Assembly: GCA_964188305.1 (NCBI GenBank)
Contig: OZ076893.1
DNA from: Podarcis bocagei
Lineage: Eukaryota
Length of the DNA: 64,000 nucleotides
Reading direction: 5' to 3' (one strand)
The notes under the pieces were generated by a model. It was not told the origin of the DNA. It saw only the letters and a program-made list of their open reading frames with translations, and ran no database searches. A program made the position numbers and the translations under genes. Below, piece by piece: positions 27,770 through 41,505 of this stretch. How positions within the stretch are numbered: the first letter of the stretch is position 1; every line of letters starts with the position of its first letter.

Positions 27770-28960
27770 AGTTCTCGGGGCGGGGAGCACGAGAGAGAGC
27801 GGAAAATTGAGGAGGGGGCGACCGCGTGCCGGCCTGTTCTGTTGGGTGTTTGGGGTCGGCACGTGGGCGTGTTTCCTGTCAGCCAGCGCCTGTGGCGGCT
27901 GGGCTCCGGCTCGCTCGCTGCCCGTCCAGGTACCGCTCAGCTGGCTCCTGCAGCTCGCCGACCCAGTCGCCATGGGAACTCGGCGGGCGGAGGGGGAGGG
28001 GGCGCGCTCTGCCTTCTGCTGCCGGGCCTGCCCCAGCGCCGCGCGCGCTTCTTCCTGCTCGCCTGGCTTCGGCTCTCCTCCCCCTCCCCCCTCTCGCCTC
28101 CGCCAATCCGGAGAGGAGCCTCGGAGCCCAGCTATGTGTGTCCTGGAGGTATTTCAGGGTTACTATAGGAACGGGAAGGGAGAGGGAGAGAACGAAGGCG
28201 AGGGGGAGAAAGCTGCCCCCCCCGCCAGCGCGTGTACACACACACACACACACACACACCGCCCCTAACCCCCACCCCACCCCGATCATTCCCATCCCGC
28301 CCCTTCTCCCAATGCCCCGAGTCAGGTGCCAGGCCATGGCTGCGAAGTCAGGGGGGGGGGAAGCAGGCAGCCGGGCCAGCGCCTGTCCTCCGCCATCCTC
28401 CTCGCGCCGTCCCAGCCCCAGAGCCTCGCTGCTGCTGCCGCCTTCGCCTGCCCTGCACGCGGCTGGGGACTCTTCCTCGCAGACCCACTGCCGCGCCACA
28501 CGCACGCGCGGCGGGATAGGAGGCGGCGGCGGGAGGGGGTGAGGAGCGTCCGTTCTCGGCCCTTCCTCCCTCCCTCCCTCCCTCTCCGCCCAGGGTGCTT
28601 CTGTTCATCGCGCCGGGAAAGATGCTACAGTTGGGCGAGAGGAGCCTGGCAACGCCACGGACCCTGCGGATGCCAGAGCTGCAGCCTGGCTTTGAGGAGA
28701 AAGGGAGCGTCGGGCAGGAAGAAGGGGCAGTCGCATCGAATGAAGGGCATCGAGGTGTGCGAAGGGGACAAAGGCACACAGTGGTGTCACCCGGTGGCAT
28801 GGGCAGCTTCCACCACCCCCCACCCCCGCCCTGCGGTATGCCAACTCCCTGCAGCCCGATCCTGTGCAGAGTGTCTTTCTTTCTCCTGTAGTAACTCCGT
28901 CCAACGGGACTTACTCCCGAGTCAGTGTGCGGCACGGGATCGCAAGCCGGCCCTAATTCC
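27770..28960. promoter_or_regulatory. Intragenic CpG island in NOL4 intron 1 (candidate alternative promoter or enhancer)
   Basis: Abrupt CpG-rich block in an AT-rich intron. GC box ~27777, CCAAT 28103-28107, X-box-like palindromes 27966-27979 and 28159-28172. No TIR or TSD seen. Confidence 0.75.
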
Positions 28961-30739
28961 TCGTGGCCAGGTTTGTGTCAATTTGTGCCCCCAAGCGCCA
29001 CTAAGGCTGCTTTCGTTCTCGTTCACTCCGCTGCACACTTCATATAGGAGAGTATTCCACATCTTATTTTTGCCATCGTTCTTTCTTGTGTTTTGCCAAG
29101 GCCCCTGGGAGGCTTGCAGTGGGTCAGGCTGGCCTAGGGAAACTACTAGAGCAGCCAAGCACAGCATATGGCCCCCTTCTAAGCTGCCAGCAATAAGCCC
29201 TTTGATTCATCCTGTTGTGCATCTCCCCCAAGGTGTATGATAAGCTCAGGGTGTGTGAGATATTTTCCTACATTTTTATTTTAATGTTTTAGGCAAAACA
29301 GGTGAGATGTGGGAGACAGGTATTTTTTTTGCAAGAGAAAATATAGAGAAATTGGAGTTCCAACAAATTATCTAAACTATAGTATTGAAAGCCCTTTGGG
29401 GTTTTTTCGTATTTGTTGTTGTTGTTACAGTATATGGCTTATTGACTGAGGGTGGAGAGAGAATTGTCTGCCACTTGCTAAACCAATAGTAGGCAGGCAG
29501 GCAGATTTCTCAAAACACACACACCAAAAAACCTGAAGTTAAATGTGAAGTGTGTGTGAGTTTGCACACACATGCACATACCACATATTTTAGCCAGCAC
29601 AGAGGTTTTGTGGTGTTTTTGACTATAACATTCAGTTCTTATATAAGACTAGCACCACAGTATAAAAGGCTGCAGTAAACATATTAGACAAACATAAAAG
29701 TCTGGTTTCCAAAGCAGCACTAAAGTCCAAGTATCTATTACTTTATTTCCTCCACCCTTAATTTGCAGAATTTTGGATGCCCTTCAGAATTTTTATTTGA
29801 ATCTTGTTTCTGTTAGAATGTATGCAGATTGTGTATTTATTGAAGGGGGAAAGCATAGTGTCAAGTGCTAATTAAAATCGGGGTTATAGAACTTTTGTTA
29901 CTGAGCTAAATGTGCCCCTCTTTCCATTTCCACTTGGCCTGTGGCAACTCCTTCACAGCCTTAATTAATATGCCCCCGCTCGGTTTTTGGTCTGGTCCCA
30001 CTCCCATTTCTGTGGGAATATAACTGGAAGACCTGGGCAAGATACAAGACAAGAAGTCTTTAGTTTCTAGGGGAGAAATAACAAAAAAATGGGAAATCTG
30101 TTCTTTCCTTCAGTCTCTGCAGCGAATATATTATTGGAGTTGTTCCACACAGTCCCTAATCAAGCTGGTGCAGATGAAGGAGAAGGGAAGAACTACTTAT
30201 GTGTGCCTGTGTGAACAATTCCAGAAGGATAATTTGAGAAAAGTCATTTGTGTCATTCCTTGTGCTGTTGCCTGGTAGTCCAAAGAGTAGATCTGAGATG
30301 TCAGCACTATCATTGCAAGGGGCACAGTCTAAACTGCGGATTGTTGCCCAATATGACACTAATCTCTATGTGTTGGTTGGGGGTGGGCAGATAAGACTTC
30401 TCACATTTCCCAGGCATACAATCTGCAGTGCAGGGAGCTGCCATCTTGATGCCACATCCAATACTGTTTTCAACTAACTGCAGTTTGTTGCTTCATCCAG
30501 ATTCAGACAAACTATGGTTAGTTATAATTAGGGCTTGTCGAAACAAACATACATCAAACAGTGGCTGATGATGAAAACTACCCACACTTCCTGGTTCAGA
30601 CAAAATGACAAACTGGTTGGTTGAAAACGGAGGTGGCTGCTTCTGATTTCCTTCTCACTGTCCCAGCAGCACCAGCACAGAGCACCAGAGGAGGAGAGGG
30701 GATCAAGTCTATGCATATTAACTTTGATTTACCGTAATA

Positions 30740-30874
30740 TAGGGGGCAGGGAGCCTGTGGCCCTCCAGATGCTATTGGACTCCAACTCCAATCATCCCTA
30801 TTGCCCATGCTGACTGAGGCTCATGGAAGTTGGAGTCCAACAATGTTCGGAGGGCCGCAGGTTCCTGAACCCTA
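30740..30874. mobile_element. Palindromic hAT (Charlie-like) MITE
   Basis: Long imperfect inverted arms cctgtggccctccaga...ggactccaact / agttggagtcc...ggagggccgcagg. Confidence 0.75.
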
Positions 30875-30934
30875 GATTACCATTACATCCAGACCAGACT
30901 ATTAATTAATTAATTGATTGATTGATTGATTGAT

Positions 30935-31270
30935 TGATTTTATATTCTGCCCTTCATCTGAAGAACTCAGGGCAGTTCAGAAGATTAAAAAAAAAACAGG
31001 ATAGAAGCACAAAATAAATAAAGAATAACCCCACCTCCCACAAACACATTTAAAAGGCCTGGTTGAAGAGAAACATTTCTGCGTGGTTTCTAAAGCCCCC
31101 CTTGGGAGAGCATTTCACAAACAGGGAGCCACTGCAGAAAAGGCCTGTTCTTGTGTGGCCACCCTCCAGACCTGTCATGGAGGAAGAAGGGCCTCATATG
31201 ATGATCACGAAGTCCTGCTTGGTTTATATGGCGAGAGACAGTTCTTGAGGTATTGTGGTCCTGAGCACTA
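30935..31270 (-). mobile_element. Old L2 LINE 3' fragment next to a (GATT)n tail
   Basis: Tail repeat at 30913-30938, then L2-type 3' sequence (gggagccactgcagaaaaggccctg-like). Confidence 0.65.
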
Positions 31271-34200
31271 TGCTAGCTTTGCCTGAACCCTAAGTTTGAT
31301 GAACAAGCATTTGATCTTGCCTCCATCCATGTAAATGCCTACACTGGTGGGTTATGTTTGGGATTAAATATTTTGCTTCATTCAAGATTCCGCTTTGGGA
31401 TCAGCATGTCTATGATTTTACCAGAATAGTTATTTCTTTATTCAGTATTTGGTGTTTCGAATTTCAGTGGCGCACTGTGTGAGGCCAAAGTTTGGTGCCC
31501 TCTCGCCTCTCACCTTCTGTTTGGCTCAATTCACCATGTCATAATTATGATGGCCTGTGGCACCCACTACGCTCAGCACCCAGTGTGGCAGAACCCTAAA
31601 TCCGCCTCTGGTATACACAGCATATCTCTTGCTTTGCTTTCATCAGTTGGCAAAGAGGTTTGCAGGTTTTTGAAGCACTATAAAAAACATGAATACCCAG
31701 CTTGATCAGAATAAAATAAATTGTCTACATACTATGAACAATCATGGCTCTGTCCTACCACTTTCAGCTCCCTCTCTTCTCATCCTCACTATTCTCTGGC
31801 CCCAGCCTTCAATAATAACCCAGAAATAAAATAATTTGATTACTCTGTTACAGTTTTCTTAAGTCATCTAAAGTTTTGCTAAGAGAAAGATGAAATACTG
31901 CTACAGATTGCTGTGGGCGGACTGGACCTTATGGGATCATATGATAAGTGGTGCTTTTATTTTACTGTATTCCAGATTTAGAATTTTTTTAAAAAAAATT
32001 CCCTCATAGAAAGTTTAGATTACATCTCGTTAGTTGCAACTTAATATGTCCCCCCAGGCAATGATCTAACAATTAGCATTCAGCTAGCACTATTGAAAGG
32101 CTGGTCTTACTGCCTGTTGATTTGTATCCTGGCATTTGCTTTGTATTAAGGAACAACTATTATATACTGCGTGTGCACATGTATGATAATATATGTAACA
32201 CCCTTTGTCTTAGAGTAGGCTCATTGAAATCATTAGGACTGACTTCTGAGTTGGCATGGTTTGGACTACATTGTCTGAAGCTAAAGGCAGAAGAGATGTG
32301 AACCTATAGACATTTGCAGATAAGGCTTTTGTTTGTAACATCTATTGGGTCCATTCACTATTCATTCTCTCACTCACAAACCATTTCACACTATTCACAC
32401 ACTCCATTCATGTCCCACTCTGTCTAATCTATAGCATCCACACATTCGGTTGAGTATCATTGTGTTGGGGCTGTCTTCTCTGCACCCCTTTTCATCAACA
32501 GCTCCATCTGCTTCTAAACTTAGTGAGAAGTTGTAATGTTCACAAGCATTTCATATAGCATTTAAATAGCTGAACTAATTTCTAGGAAGATCTTGTTTCA
32601 GTATGCTGAAGTTAGAACTCTTAACAGCCAGGAGCTGTGCTGGGTTCAGTGTCTTTGAGCTATGACCCCAGGCTCTTCTTTGGTCATGTTTTCGTGATTC
32701 ACAGTCAACTTCTATGATTTAGATTTAATATGCCTCTCTAAATGTGAAGCAAATTACGCAAAATTTTGTTTTGATGTCCCAAATAGATATTCTTATTCTG
32801 TAATGGCAGACACATTTTATTACTAACTTCCAAACATTAAGCACCTAAATCCACAGTAATAACAATTAAATGCAGTGATAGATAGATGGCGGGAGGCCCA
32901 TTTGTGTTTATATGGATTTTTTTCCCTTGACTTTTTAAACATCAGTACATTCTCAGTAATCACTGCAATCCTCCTGTACAGTAGGTCTCATAATCTAGGC
33001 GTGAGGATGAAGGACTACTATTTTCCAACCAGTCAAATTCAGTTGAGTTAAAGTGAATCAAGGGTATGCAGTTCTCAGCTCATTCTCTTAACTGCTGTGC
33101 TACTGCATGGGTGTATTGAGAACGAAGAAGGACTTTATTCAACTTGTAAAAGCTCTTTCTGAAATTTCAATATTTATTTCTGTCTCCACTAGCTTACAGG
33201 GCTTGTCCTGTTATTTGGCAGAGTGAGGGAGCAGCCTCAGGTGGGGTGTGCTAGGAGGCAGTGGTGCCCCTCAGCTCTTCCTCCTGAGCTCCCTGACCAT
33301 ACTCTCCTGTTGGGAGAAGAGAGCTGTGTGTCATGCCTCTTGCCCTCCACCTTTATAATTACCCTGCTGATCTCTCTCAGGGGCACTGCAGTGCTCCATT
33401 ACTAATATTGAAGTAAGATTTACTGCTATATGTGGCACAGATGCATGTGTGTGCCATTTTGTCCTTTGCCTCAGGTAGCATAATATCTTGGGCCAGCCTT
33501 GATAGCTTGCTTTTAATCTTATTTATTTATTTATTTAGTCAGTCAGTCAGTCAGTCAGCTTATTTTGTCACAGGTACCCCAAAGCAACTTACAACCAGAC
33601 AGTAAACCCCACATAGATAGCTGTACATTAAAACCAAGAGGAAAAAGAAATACCATACATATAAAATAATCCACTCACTTCTAAAAGACCACAGGTTATG
33701 GAGGAAAGTTTTTGCCTGGCACCTAAAGATATATGTGGCGCCAACCTTCACAGCACTGCATTAGCACACAGAGTGGGAGCCCATTGAAAACTTGAATACT
33801 TTAGCCATATTCTGGCATTCATCACTCCAGTGTTGAACAGCATGTGAACAAGGAATAAGTCTGCATCAAGTAGCCCTTTCTGTGGTGTGGCATGCATCTA
33901 GGTTGCAGGTTCCTCTCACCATAGACATTTATACCAGAGGTGGGGAACCTCCAGCCTCTGGGCCAAATTGGACCTGATACAGACACCAGTTTGACTATGA
34001 GGCCATTTCCTCCAAACCACAGCCATCTCCCTCGTGTCTGACATCATTTGTGATATCAAGTGTGAGGCAGGTAGACACATCTTCCATGGAAAAACTGGGA
34101 ACCTTGAAGTGTGTTCTAATTGTTTCTTGGCAAGCAAGCCTTGCTGTCAGCACTGATCAATGGTGACACCAACCGTAGTTGAGATTTGCTATGCTATGGA

Positions 34201-35039
34201 GTTCCTGGCTGGGAACACAAGTGCCAACTCCCTGGGACCCTGGGTGCCGTAGCACCTACAAAATTCCCCATGAAGGGGCCAGGCACCCACAATTTTTGGT
34301 ACCAGGGCCATGTATGCTGCATGTCTCCCACATCCTGGGCACCCACAGTCGTGGGGCCAAGGTGGCACTTCTGCTGTAGTGCAGCCAGTCCCTGTGCAAA
34401 ATGGCCTTGCAGCAAGTATGGATTTTATTCATGAGCCACCTTGACTTTGTTTTCAAACCCTGTAAAGCCAATGCCAGTCAGCATGGGCAATACTGGCTAG
34501 ATGTTCCTTTGTTCTACCTTGGTATAAGGCAGCTTCCTACATTCCTAACAGTGGGGAGGGAAATTGGCAATCTGCAGCAAGCAGGTGAAGCAGTGGTGGA
34601 GGCAGATGGAATCCTTTCCCGGGTAGTGTTGCTGCTCCAGTTGAGCCCAGCAAACACCAGTTGTAGAAAAGGAGCCCTTCAACAGTGCTCAAGGGCTGTA
34701 GTGTGGAATCGACCCTTAAAAGAGAGCTACAAAAGTCATTCAAAATCCCAGGAACCAGCATAATATTTTGGAAACTCAGCCTCAAGTTTTAAGAAAGAGT
34801 CCTGCAAAAACCAAGTAAGTATTACAACATTCTTGTACTATCATCAATTTCCTAGGTACCAAAGCAGCTGGATTTCCTACCTCACCTCCACCTACAGGAG
34901 AAGTGGCTACATTGCTACCTTCTAACTTGATGGATGGTCAAAAATTGAGTGTGGCCACCTCACAGTTGGCATGCCATACATTACCCCCCCCACACACACA
35001 TTTTGCATATACATCACATAAACAGAAGAGCAAGCGCGC

Positions 35040-35187
35040 ATAGAATCATAGAACTGTAGAGTTGGAAGGGACCACAAAGTTTATCTAGTCTAACCCCCTG
35101 CAATGCAGGAATCTCTTGCCCAACAAGGGGTTCAAACCCACGACCCTGAGATTAAGAGTCTCATGCTCTACCAACTGAGCTATCCCA
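35040..35187 (-). mobile_element. tRNA-Lys(CTT)-derived SINE with CR1-like tail
   Basis: Minus strand reads gggatagctcagttggtagagcatgagactCTTaatctcagggtcgtgggtttgaaccc, followed by the CR1-like tail. Confidence 0.88.
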
Positions 35188-37140
35188 GCAGGATAATCAC
35201 ATGCACATTGCGTACATACTAGGGAACACACATACTAGGGAGGGAGAGATCTGTATCCCAATCTCTCTCAAGCCCTTCAGAAAGTGCTTGCTGAATGCTG
35301 CAGAGGTGCTCCACAATGAGGAAGCAGCAGAGAATCAGATGGTGAGGGTCGGGTGGGGGCCTGTCATTGCTACCACCACCAAATTGTGAAGTGGGGAGTG
35401 AAAAAAGCCTTTGGGGGCTGGATATGTCCTGGGGGCCATAGGTTAGTCATTTGTGGCCTAGAGTATCACTAAACTTCTGTAAACACTCTTCGATGGTGAT
35501 CTAGAACAAGTGATTTGTGGATAATAGTTTGTGGGTGTTCTGTATAATACACTAAATATTGGCTTTCTTTGGTGGCAGTATGTAGAAAAACACGGGTGGA
35601 GAGAGAATAAATATTTGGGTCAGTAAGTCAATGAACAGAATTAACAGGTGATCACAGAGAACAGGACCCATAAGAACTCAGTTTGCACAGTTGATTAATT
35701 TGGGACCATAATATAAACACAAAAGCACAACTTTTTGCACTGACAGAACACTAGTTCACAGTTTGTGTAGAATAGATAAAATTCCACACTCACTTCCTCT
35801 GCCTTGAGCAATAGGAATACTGCTTTTGATAAAGTTCCTTCCATTTGGAAGAGTAACCACTGTAGATGTGTGGTGTTCTTGCACAAATCTGCTTATTTTA
35901 ACAAGTTTTACAAGTAACTAGGTATGGGGAAAATAATACAAGGAGAAGGAAAAAAGATAAACCAAAGCACAGAGATGAATAATTTCACTTGCTTCTTCTG
36001 GTGGTGATGTCATCAGCGGTACAGGACCCCTGTCTCTTGGCTGTTTTCCTTCTGCTTAACTTTTTCACTGATCACCAACTTGTTACTCACTCGCTCAAGC
36101 CATATTTTCTGCTTAGGCCTGCGCCCCTGTGGTGAATGATCCTAGGAATGCCACTGCCTTATTTTTTGGTGAGAAAGTGAAAGGGAATCCTGGAATAGTA
36201 AGGACTGTCTCTGTCTACAAGGGAGATAACAGAAACTGGTGGTTTATGGTGCTTTTGGTGTGGCGCACGTCCCTACACACAGCTGAGCTGAAGTGAAAGG
36301 AAGCTCTCTTCCAAAGTGATTACAATTGCATGGGCCATAATGTTGGTGGCATGCCTGCTAGCCTTATCCCTGTAGCATTAGTGGCCTGGTCGCATTGCTT
36401 GTCCACACACTAAAGCTGAAAGTCTGAAGTAGGGAGCCTAATGTTTATGTGTAGCCTCCCCATGTGATTTAGAAGCCCATGCAATCAAGGTTCTAAAAAA
36501 ATCAGGGAATCTACATGCATATAGCTGACGATTTTAGTCCCAACACATGGACAGTAGGAGGGTCAGGCCATTGAGGATGTGCTGAGGGGGGCAAGCCAAG
36601 TGAGTGTGATCCTGTTTCCCCCTTGACTGTAATCATGTAAGGGCTTGAACATCTGAAGAGGGTTCCACAGGGTGTGCATTCAGATATCTATCATCTTCCT
36701 TGCCTCCCTCCATGGCAACAGCAATTCTTCTCTCATGTGAATGGAGGCAGAAGGAATGAGCTGAGCCACAAGGATCAGCTCTGCCTCCTGCAAGGGAAGT
36801 ATAGCTCGACCTTTTCCACCCCTCAGTTCCCAACATTTCATCACACTTCTAACCAAAGACAGGAGCAGCTTGATTCTCAAAGTCTAGGATTACTGGAATC
36901 ACTGGAGGCAGGGGTTTGTGATTGATGGGAAATTCCAAATGGGCACTGAGAGCAGATTAACTGAGAGAACCACCAGCAGTATAACCACGGCCCTGCCTCT
37001 ATTACTTCCCCTCCCTTTGCTGGTCACCTACACTGGAGACCCAGAGCCACTGAGTGTCTGAAGTGTAGTCACACTGTTATACAGAAGTCCAGAAGCTTTG
37101 CTTTGATGGTGATTTGCACTAGTAAAGTGCTTCTTATTAA

Positions 37141-37235
37141 AAACATAAGAAGAGTCTGGCTGCTGGGCCAGGCTGAAGGCCCATCTAGTCCATCCTATTC
37201 TCGCAGTGGCCAACTAGATGCTTATGGGAAGCCTG
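37141..37235 (-). mobile_element. CR1-type 3' UTR fragment
   Basis: aacataagaagag...ggcccatctagtcca...tggccaactagatgc. Related pieces near 27150-27290 and 60015-60130. Confidence 0.6.
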
Positions 37236-37298
37236 GATCCAAGTGCAGCTAGTATTCAGTGACATATGAGGTGGTACTCAACTAAGTTTTGCTCAGAG

Positions 37299-37622
37299 TA
37301 AAGGTAAAGGTAAAGAAACCCCTGACCATTAGGTCCAGTTGTGACTGACTCTGGGGTTGCGGCGCTCATCTCGCTTTATTGGCCAAGGGAGCCGGCGTAC
37401 AGCTTCCAGGTCATGTGGCCAGCATGACTAAGTTACTTCTGGAGAACCAGAGCAGCGCTCGGAAACAACGTTTACCTTCCCGCCGGAGCGGTACCTATTT
37501 ATCTACTTGCACTTGACATGCTTTCGAACTGCTAGGTGGGCAGGAGCAGGGACCGAGCAACGGGAGCTCACCCCGTCGCAGGGATTCGAACCGCCGACCT
37601 TCTGATCAGCAAGCCCTAGGCT
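37299..37622 (-). mobile_element. Sauria SINE nested in a palindromic MITE (37272-37708)
   Basis: (AAAGGT)n tail and gggattcgaaccg B box. The flanks form inverted arms ctcaactaagttttgctcagag / tttgagtaaaacttagctgaat. Confidence 0.88.
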
Positions 37623-37722
37623 CCCATTTAAATCAAGAGGGCTAATTTAGTCATGTTCATTAATTTCAATGGGCCTGCTTTGAGTAAAACTTAGCTGAAT
37701 AAATACCAACCCCAATGTGTGT

Positions 37723-37724
<2 letters not shown>

Positions 37725-37765
<41 letters not shown>
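37725..37765. repeat. (GT)n microsatellite
   Basis: Perfect run. Other (CA)/(GT) runs at ~1768, 28236, 58628, 59912 and 63344. Confidence 0.97.
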
Positions 37766-37769
<4 letters not shown>

Positions 37770-39317
37770 AAATACACATGTAAATAAAAACACATGTAAA
37801 AATGCATGTAGATAAAAACAAAAAAAAATGCACACGCATGCACACTTCTGTTCTGCATGCCAGTCATTTAATAGCTAAATGCAACATAAACATTCTTCAT
37901 TAGGTAAATGTATTGTGTTTTCTGTCCAGAACCCCCTTAAGTTCTAAGTTCAGTGGCAAATATTGACTGTATTTCCACATCCTCATATTGGTTTGTACTT
38001 TGACCATTCCTACCCACTTTCACTTTCACTGCTAATTTTGAACCTTTGAAGAGGGATTTAGTATATACATGTATTTACAAAAGTCTATCCTTGTTTTCTA
38101 ACATTCTTTGGAAAGCTACATCCTAAAATATTGCAATTACCATATTTTTTTTAAGTACTGCCATAGATAGTTTTGTGGCTATAATTTAGCCATGTAATGA
38201 AGGATTTTTCTTATTTGTGAAAATCTACATTAAAAATTACCAGTTAATAAGCCATGACAATCTTTAGAAGAGTTTTACATAACTGAACAAGTTTGACATA
38301 AAGATAAGGTATAAAGCATAGCCAAAGTGAAAATATTATTCCATGGAATTTTAAGATAAAAGTATAACTTTTATATAGAGAGGGTGCAGAACACAGAGTA
38401 GCTATATCCTAATGCTTTAACTTTTTTAGTTAACAAGTGGCACATAGACACATTTTACTCCTATCATGAGGATTGATTATTCTAACACACATTAGAGACT
38501 AAGAACTCAGAAACAGAGAGTGGTAATTATTAAGAAGTTGCCTTGTACACTGATAGCAGCTTTCTAGAGATTCAGACTGGAGTCTTTCCCATCCCTGACA
38601 GGATATGCCAGAAATTGACCTGGAACTCTGCCTCTATTCTACTACTGATCTATTGCTGAAAAATAATAGGAACCCCAAGATGCATATTTACAAACCTTCA
38701 ATAATATTCCCACAATTGTATTGTTGTGCTGACACTTGTGGCATGTTAAAGTCCTGCATGTTAATAGTTTTCTTTATAAGTATTTCACAAACTTCTTTGC
38801 TCTTTACAGTTATCACTGCAAGTTAAAGTGGAGAGTTTATAATGAAGATACATTTTTTTTAAAAGGAGCATGGCTAGCAGTCCAATTCTATGCATTTGTG
38901 CAGATGGTGTGTCTGCAATAGCATCATAATATCACCACAACTCTTGTGTAGTTGTACTGGCATAATTTTTGACACCCCACATCTTAAGCAGTTACAAACT
39001 GGACTACTGAATCATATGCAACTTAATTTCCTTTTAAAGTGCAATTTTAACTCCAACAACTTTTATGCTAGGGTAACCAAAATATTGGTCTGCGGAATCC
39101 ATTAATTAGACCTTCACCAGCACACACTTCTGAACTAGTGGCATAACATCCACATAGTTACTTACACAAAAGATAGCAGGATACAAATATTTCTCTCAAA
39201 TAGGGATCAAGAGGACTGTCTGCTTTCATATAGTATTTCACCTGGCCCTCATTGCTTATCCTGAACTGCTGATTTGTGGCCCCACCCCTAACTAATTCAC
39301 AAATGTTTGAACTCTAG

Positions 39318-39453
39318 CAGGCATGGCCAAACTCGGCCCTCCAGCTGTTTTGGGACTACAATCCCCATCATCCCTGACCACTGGTCCTGTTAGCTAAGGG
39401 TGATGGGAGTTGTAGTCCCAAAACAGCTGGAGGGCCAAGTTTGGCCATGCCTG
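39318..39453. mobile_element. Young palindromic hAT (Charlie-like) MITE
   Basis: Near-perfect inverted arms caggcatggccaaact...gggactaca / tgtagtccc...agtttggccatgcctg, with CTCTAG on both flanks. Confidence 0.9.
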
Positions 39454-41365
39454 CTCTAGACCATAGACCTGAATTCACATCCTTGGCACATCATTCTGTA
39501 CACATGAGAACATTTGATTTCAAGCCGGATACTATAATTTGTACCATTACCACATAACATCACTGATGTTTTTCATTCTTTCCAATTTTATTTTCAAACA
39601 TAAATACTAATTTAGTCAGAAATCTCATATAAGCGGTTCATAAAATTATCTGTAGAATTTCAGTCACCAGTCACACTAAGGATAGTGTTATGTGTTGCTA
39701 AGTGACTGTGAGTATCAAGTATAAAAACTTTAAACTAATTATTGTCAGCCATTTGGCATATTTCTCTGTCTTATGCTTTCAAGTAAAGCCTCTTGATTAG
39801 GCATCATTTCACTGTTCTCATAAACTGCAGTTTGGGCTTCATGAAAGAGAGCAGATGACAAAAGAACAACAGTGGGAAGAGTTAGCAGAGGTACAGTATA
39901 TTATTCATTGAACTGCACATATAAATACTCCACTGTGTGTTGTCCCACTGTAGACCTAAAATGGCCGTATTGCCGGATGTTGTTGCCTGGTGACCAAGAG
40001 TGCATCTCCTACACCACAGAGGGATGTGAAAACAGGGAGACTGATTTGCTCCTTTTGCTCTCCAGAAGACTGAGACACTGAAATAAATTAAATCAGCATT
40101 CAACAAGCTAAATATTCCCTTTCTCTGCATGCTGTTTAAACTGAATGAGGCCCTGGGAGCCTGAGGTGTTCACCAACATGCAACAGCAAACTAGATATAT
40201 GTTCAGGCCTTTGTATTTCATTCGCTGTCCATGCCATTTAATAAACAGATAAGGGCATTGCTACTGTATGCCTGCAAGTTATTCTTGCTTCAGTGAAGTC
40301 TGTGTTGCTTGTCTGGTCTGTTCCGGTGCAAACTCCCACCTGCTATCAGTCTCTCTTTCTTTCATTAAAATCAAGTAGTTAATTAGCCCCAGCCTGTCCT
40401 CTCCCCTTCTCTCTTTCCCTTTAATGCAGCAGTAATGATGTCTAATTACCAGCAGCAGTGGATTACAGAACCTTCAGGAGCAAATCTCTCTGCCTGACAG
40501 CAAAGCTGAGCAACAAACCTTAAAGCTTCAAGGAGAGAATAATTCTGGACAATGAAGGTGGTTTGCATATTAATTTTTCATCAAGCCAATTGCTTTGATG
40601 TTAAAAATGTTATTTTGTGCATCTGTTAATTCTGTACTGACCAGAATTATCAATAGTGTTTGATTTTTTTAAATGAAATACTGTACACTACAATGACTTT
40701 TCTGGTAGTGGGAAAAGTTTTTTGATTATATAGTATGGAAGTTACTGTCTCTGCGCACTGTAGCAGCAGATATATATGTGACAACATTGTCAAGTGTATG
40801 CAGCAATCAGACAGAAGAGTTAACAAGGAGTGATAGTATGTGATTAAACTCTTCTATGGCCACTGGATATATTGGGATGAATGAGATGCTACGAAACAGA
40901 GTGAAGCTTCTGTCCATGGTGCCAGTGAGTAAACTTGAATGACTTCACATAAATGTTAATAGCAAAGTGAAACTGAAAACACTTCCAAAGTCAACCATTG
41001 ATATGTATCCAGCTCCAGCATGCCCAGTGCTTCAAAAGGAGTAAGATGCTATCCCACATCTTTTCAGGCTGCCTCCAAACCACCTTATTTCTTCCAATGG
41101 ATGTTATTGAGTCTGGCATAATTTGAAATGAAACCATTCCACTTCACTTCCACTTTGAGCACTGAGTGCACATTAGAAAAAATCTTGTCCTTAAACAATT
41201 GATGCATCCTTGTGAATGGGGATATGAAGTTTGAGGTAATCATGATTCAATAACATCTGTGCATGCTGTTTGAAATTTCTGTTATGGAGAGGATTTAGGA
41301 AACTAAATATTTGCATGCACTCAAGATTGAATATTTTACCAATGCAAGGAATGCTATTAGATTTG

Positions 41366-41505
41366 AATCATAGAATTGTGGAGTTGGAAGGGACCCTGAG
41401 GGTCATCTAGCCCAACCCCCTGCAATGCAGGAATCTTGCCCACAGCTGCCTTGGGTGGGTTCAAACCACCAACCTTCTGGTTAACAGCCGGACACACTGT
41501 CCCAT
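41366..41505 (-). mobile_element. SINE with CR1-like tail
   Basis: aatcatagaattgtggagttggaagggacc...ccccctgcaatgcaggaatc plus a B-box-like gggttcaaacc. Confidence 0.7.

Noticed and set aside
27725-29240. Multiple overlapping long ORFs (up to 304 aa)
   Set aside because: Low-complexity P/G/R/A products in several frames on both strands, typical of CpG islands; no recognisable domain.
35110-35187. tRNA-Lys(CTT)-like sequence (also 27444-27512)
   Set aside because: The acceptor and T stems are mismatched and it continues directly into a CR1-like tail; this is a SINE head, not a tRNA gene.
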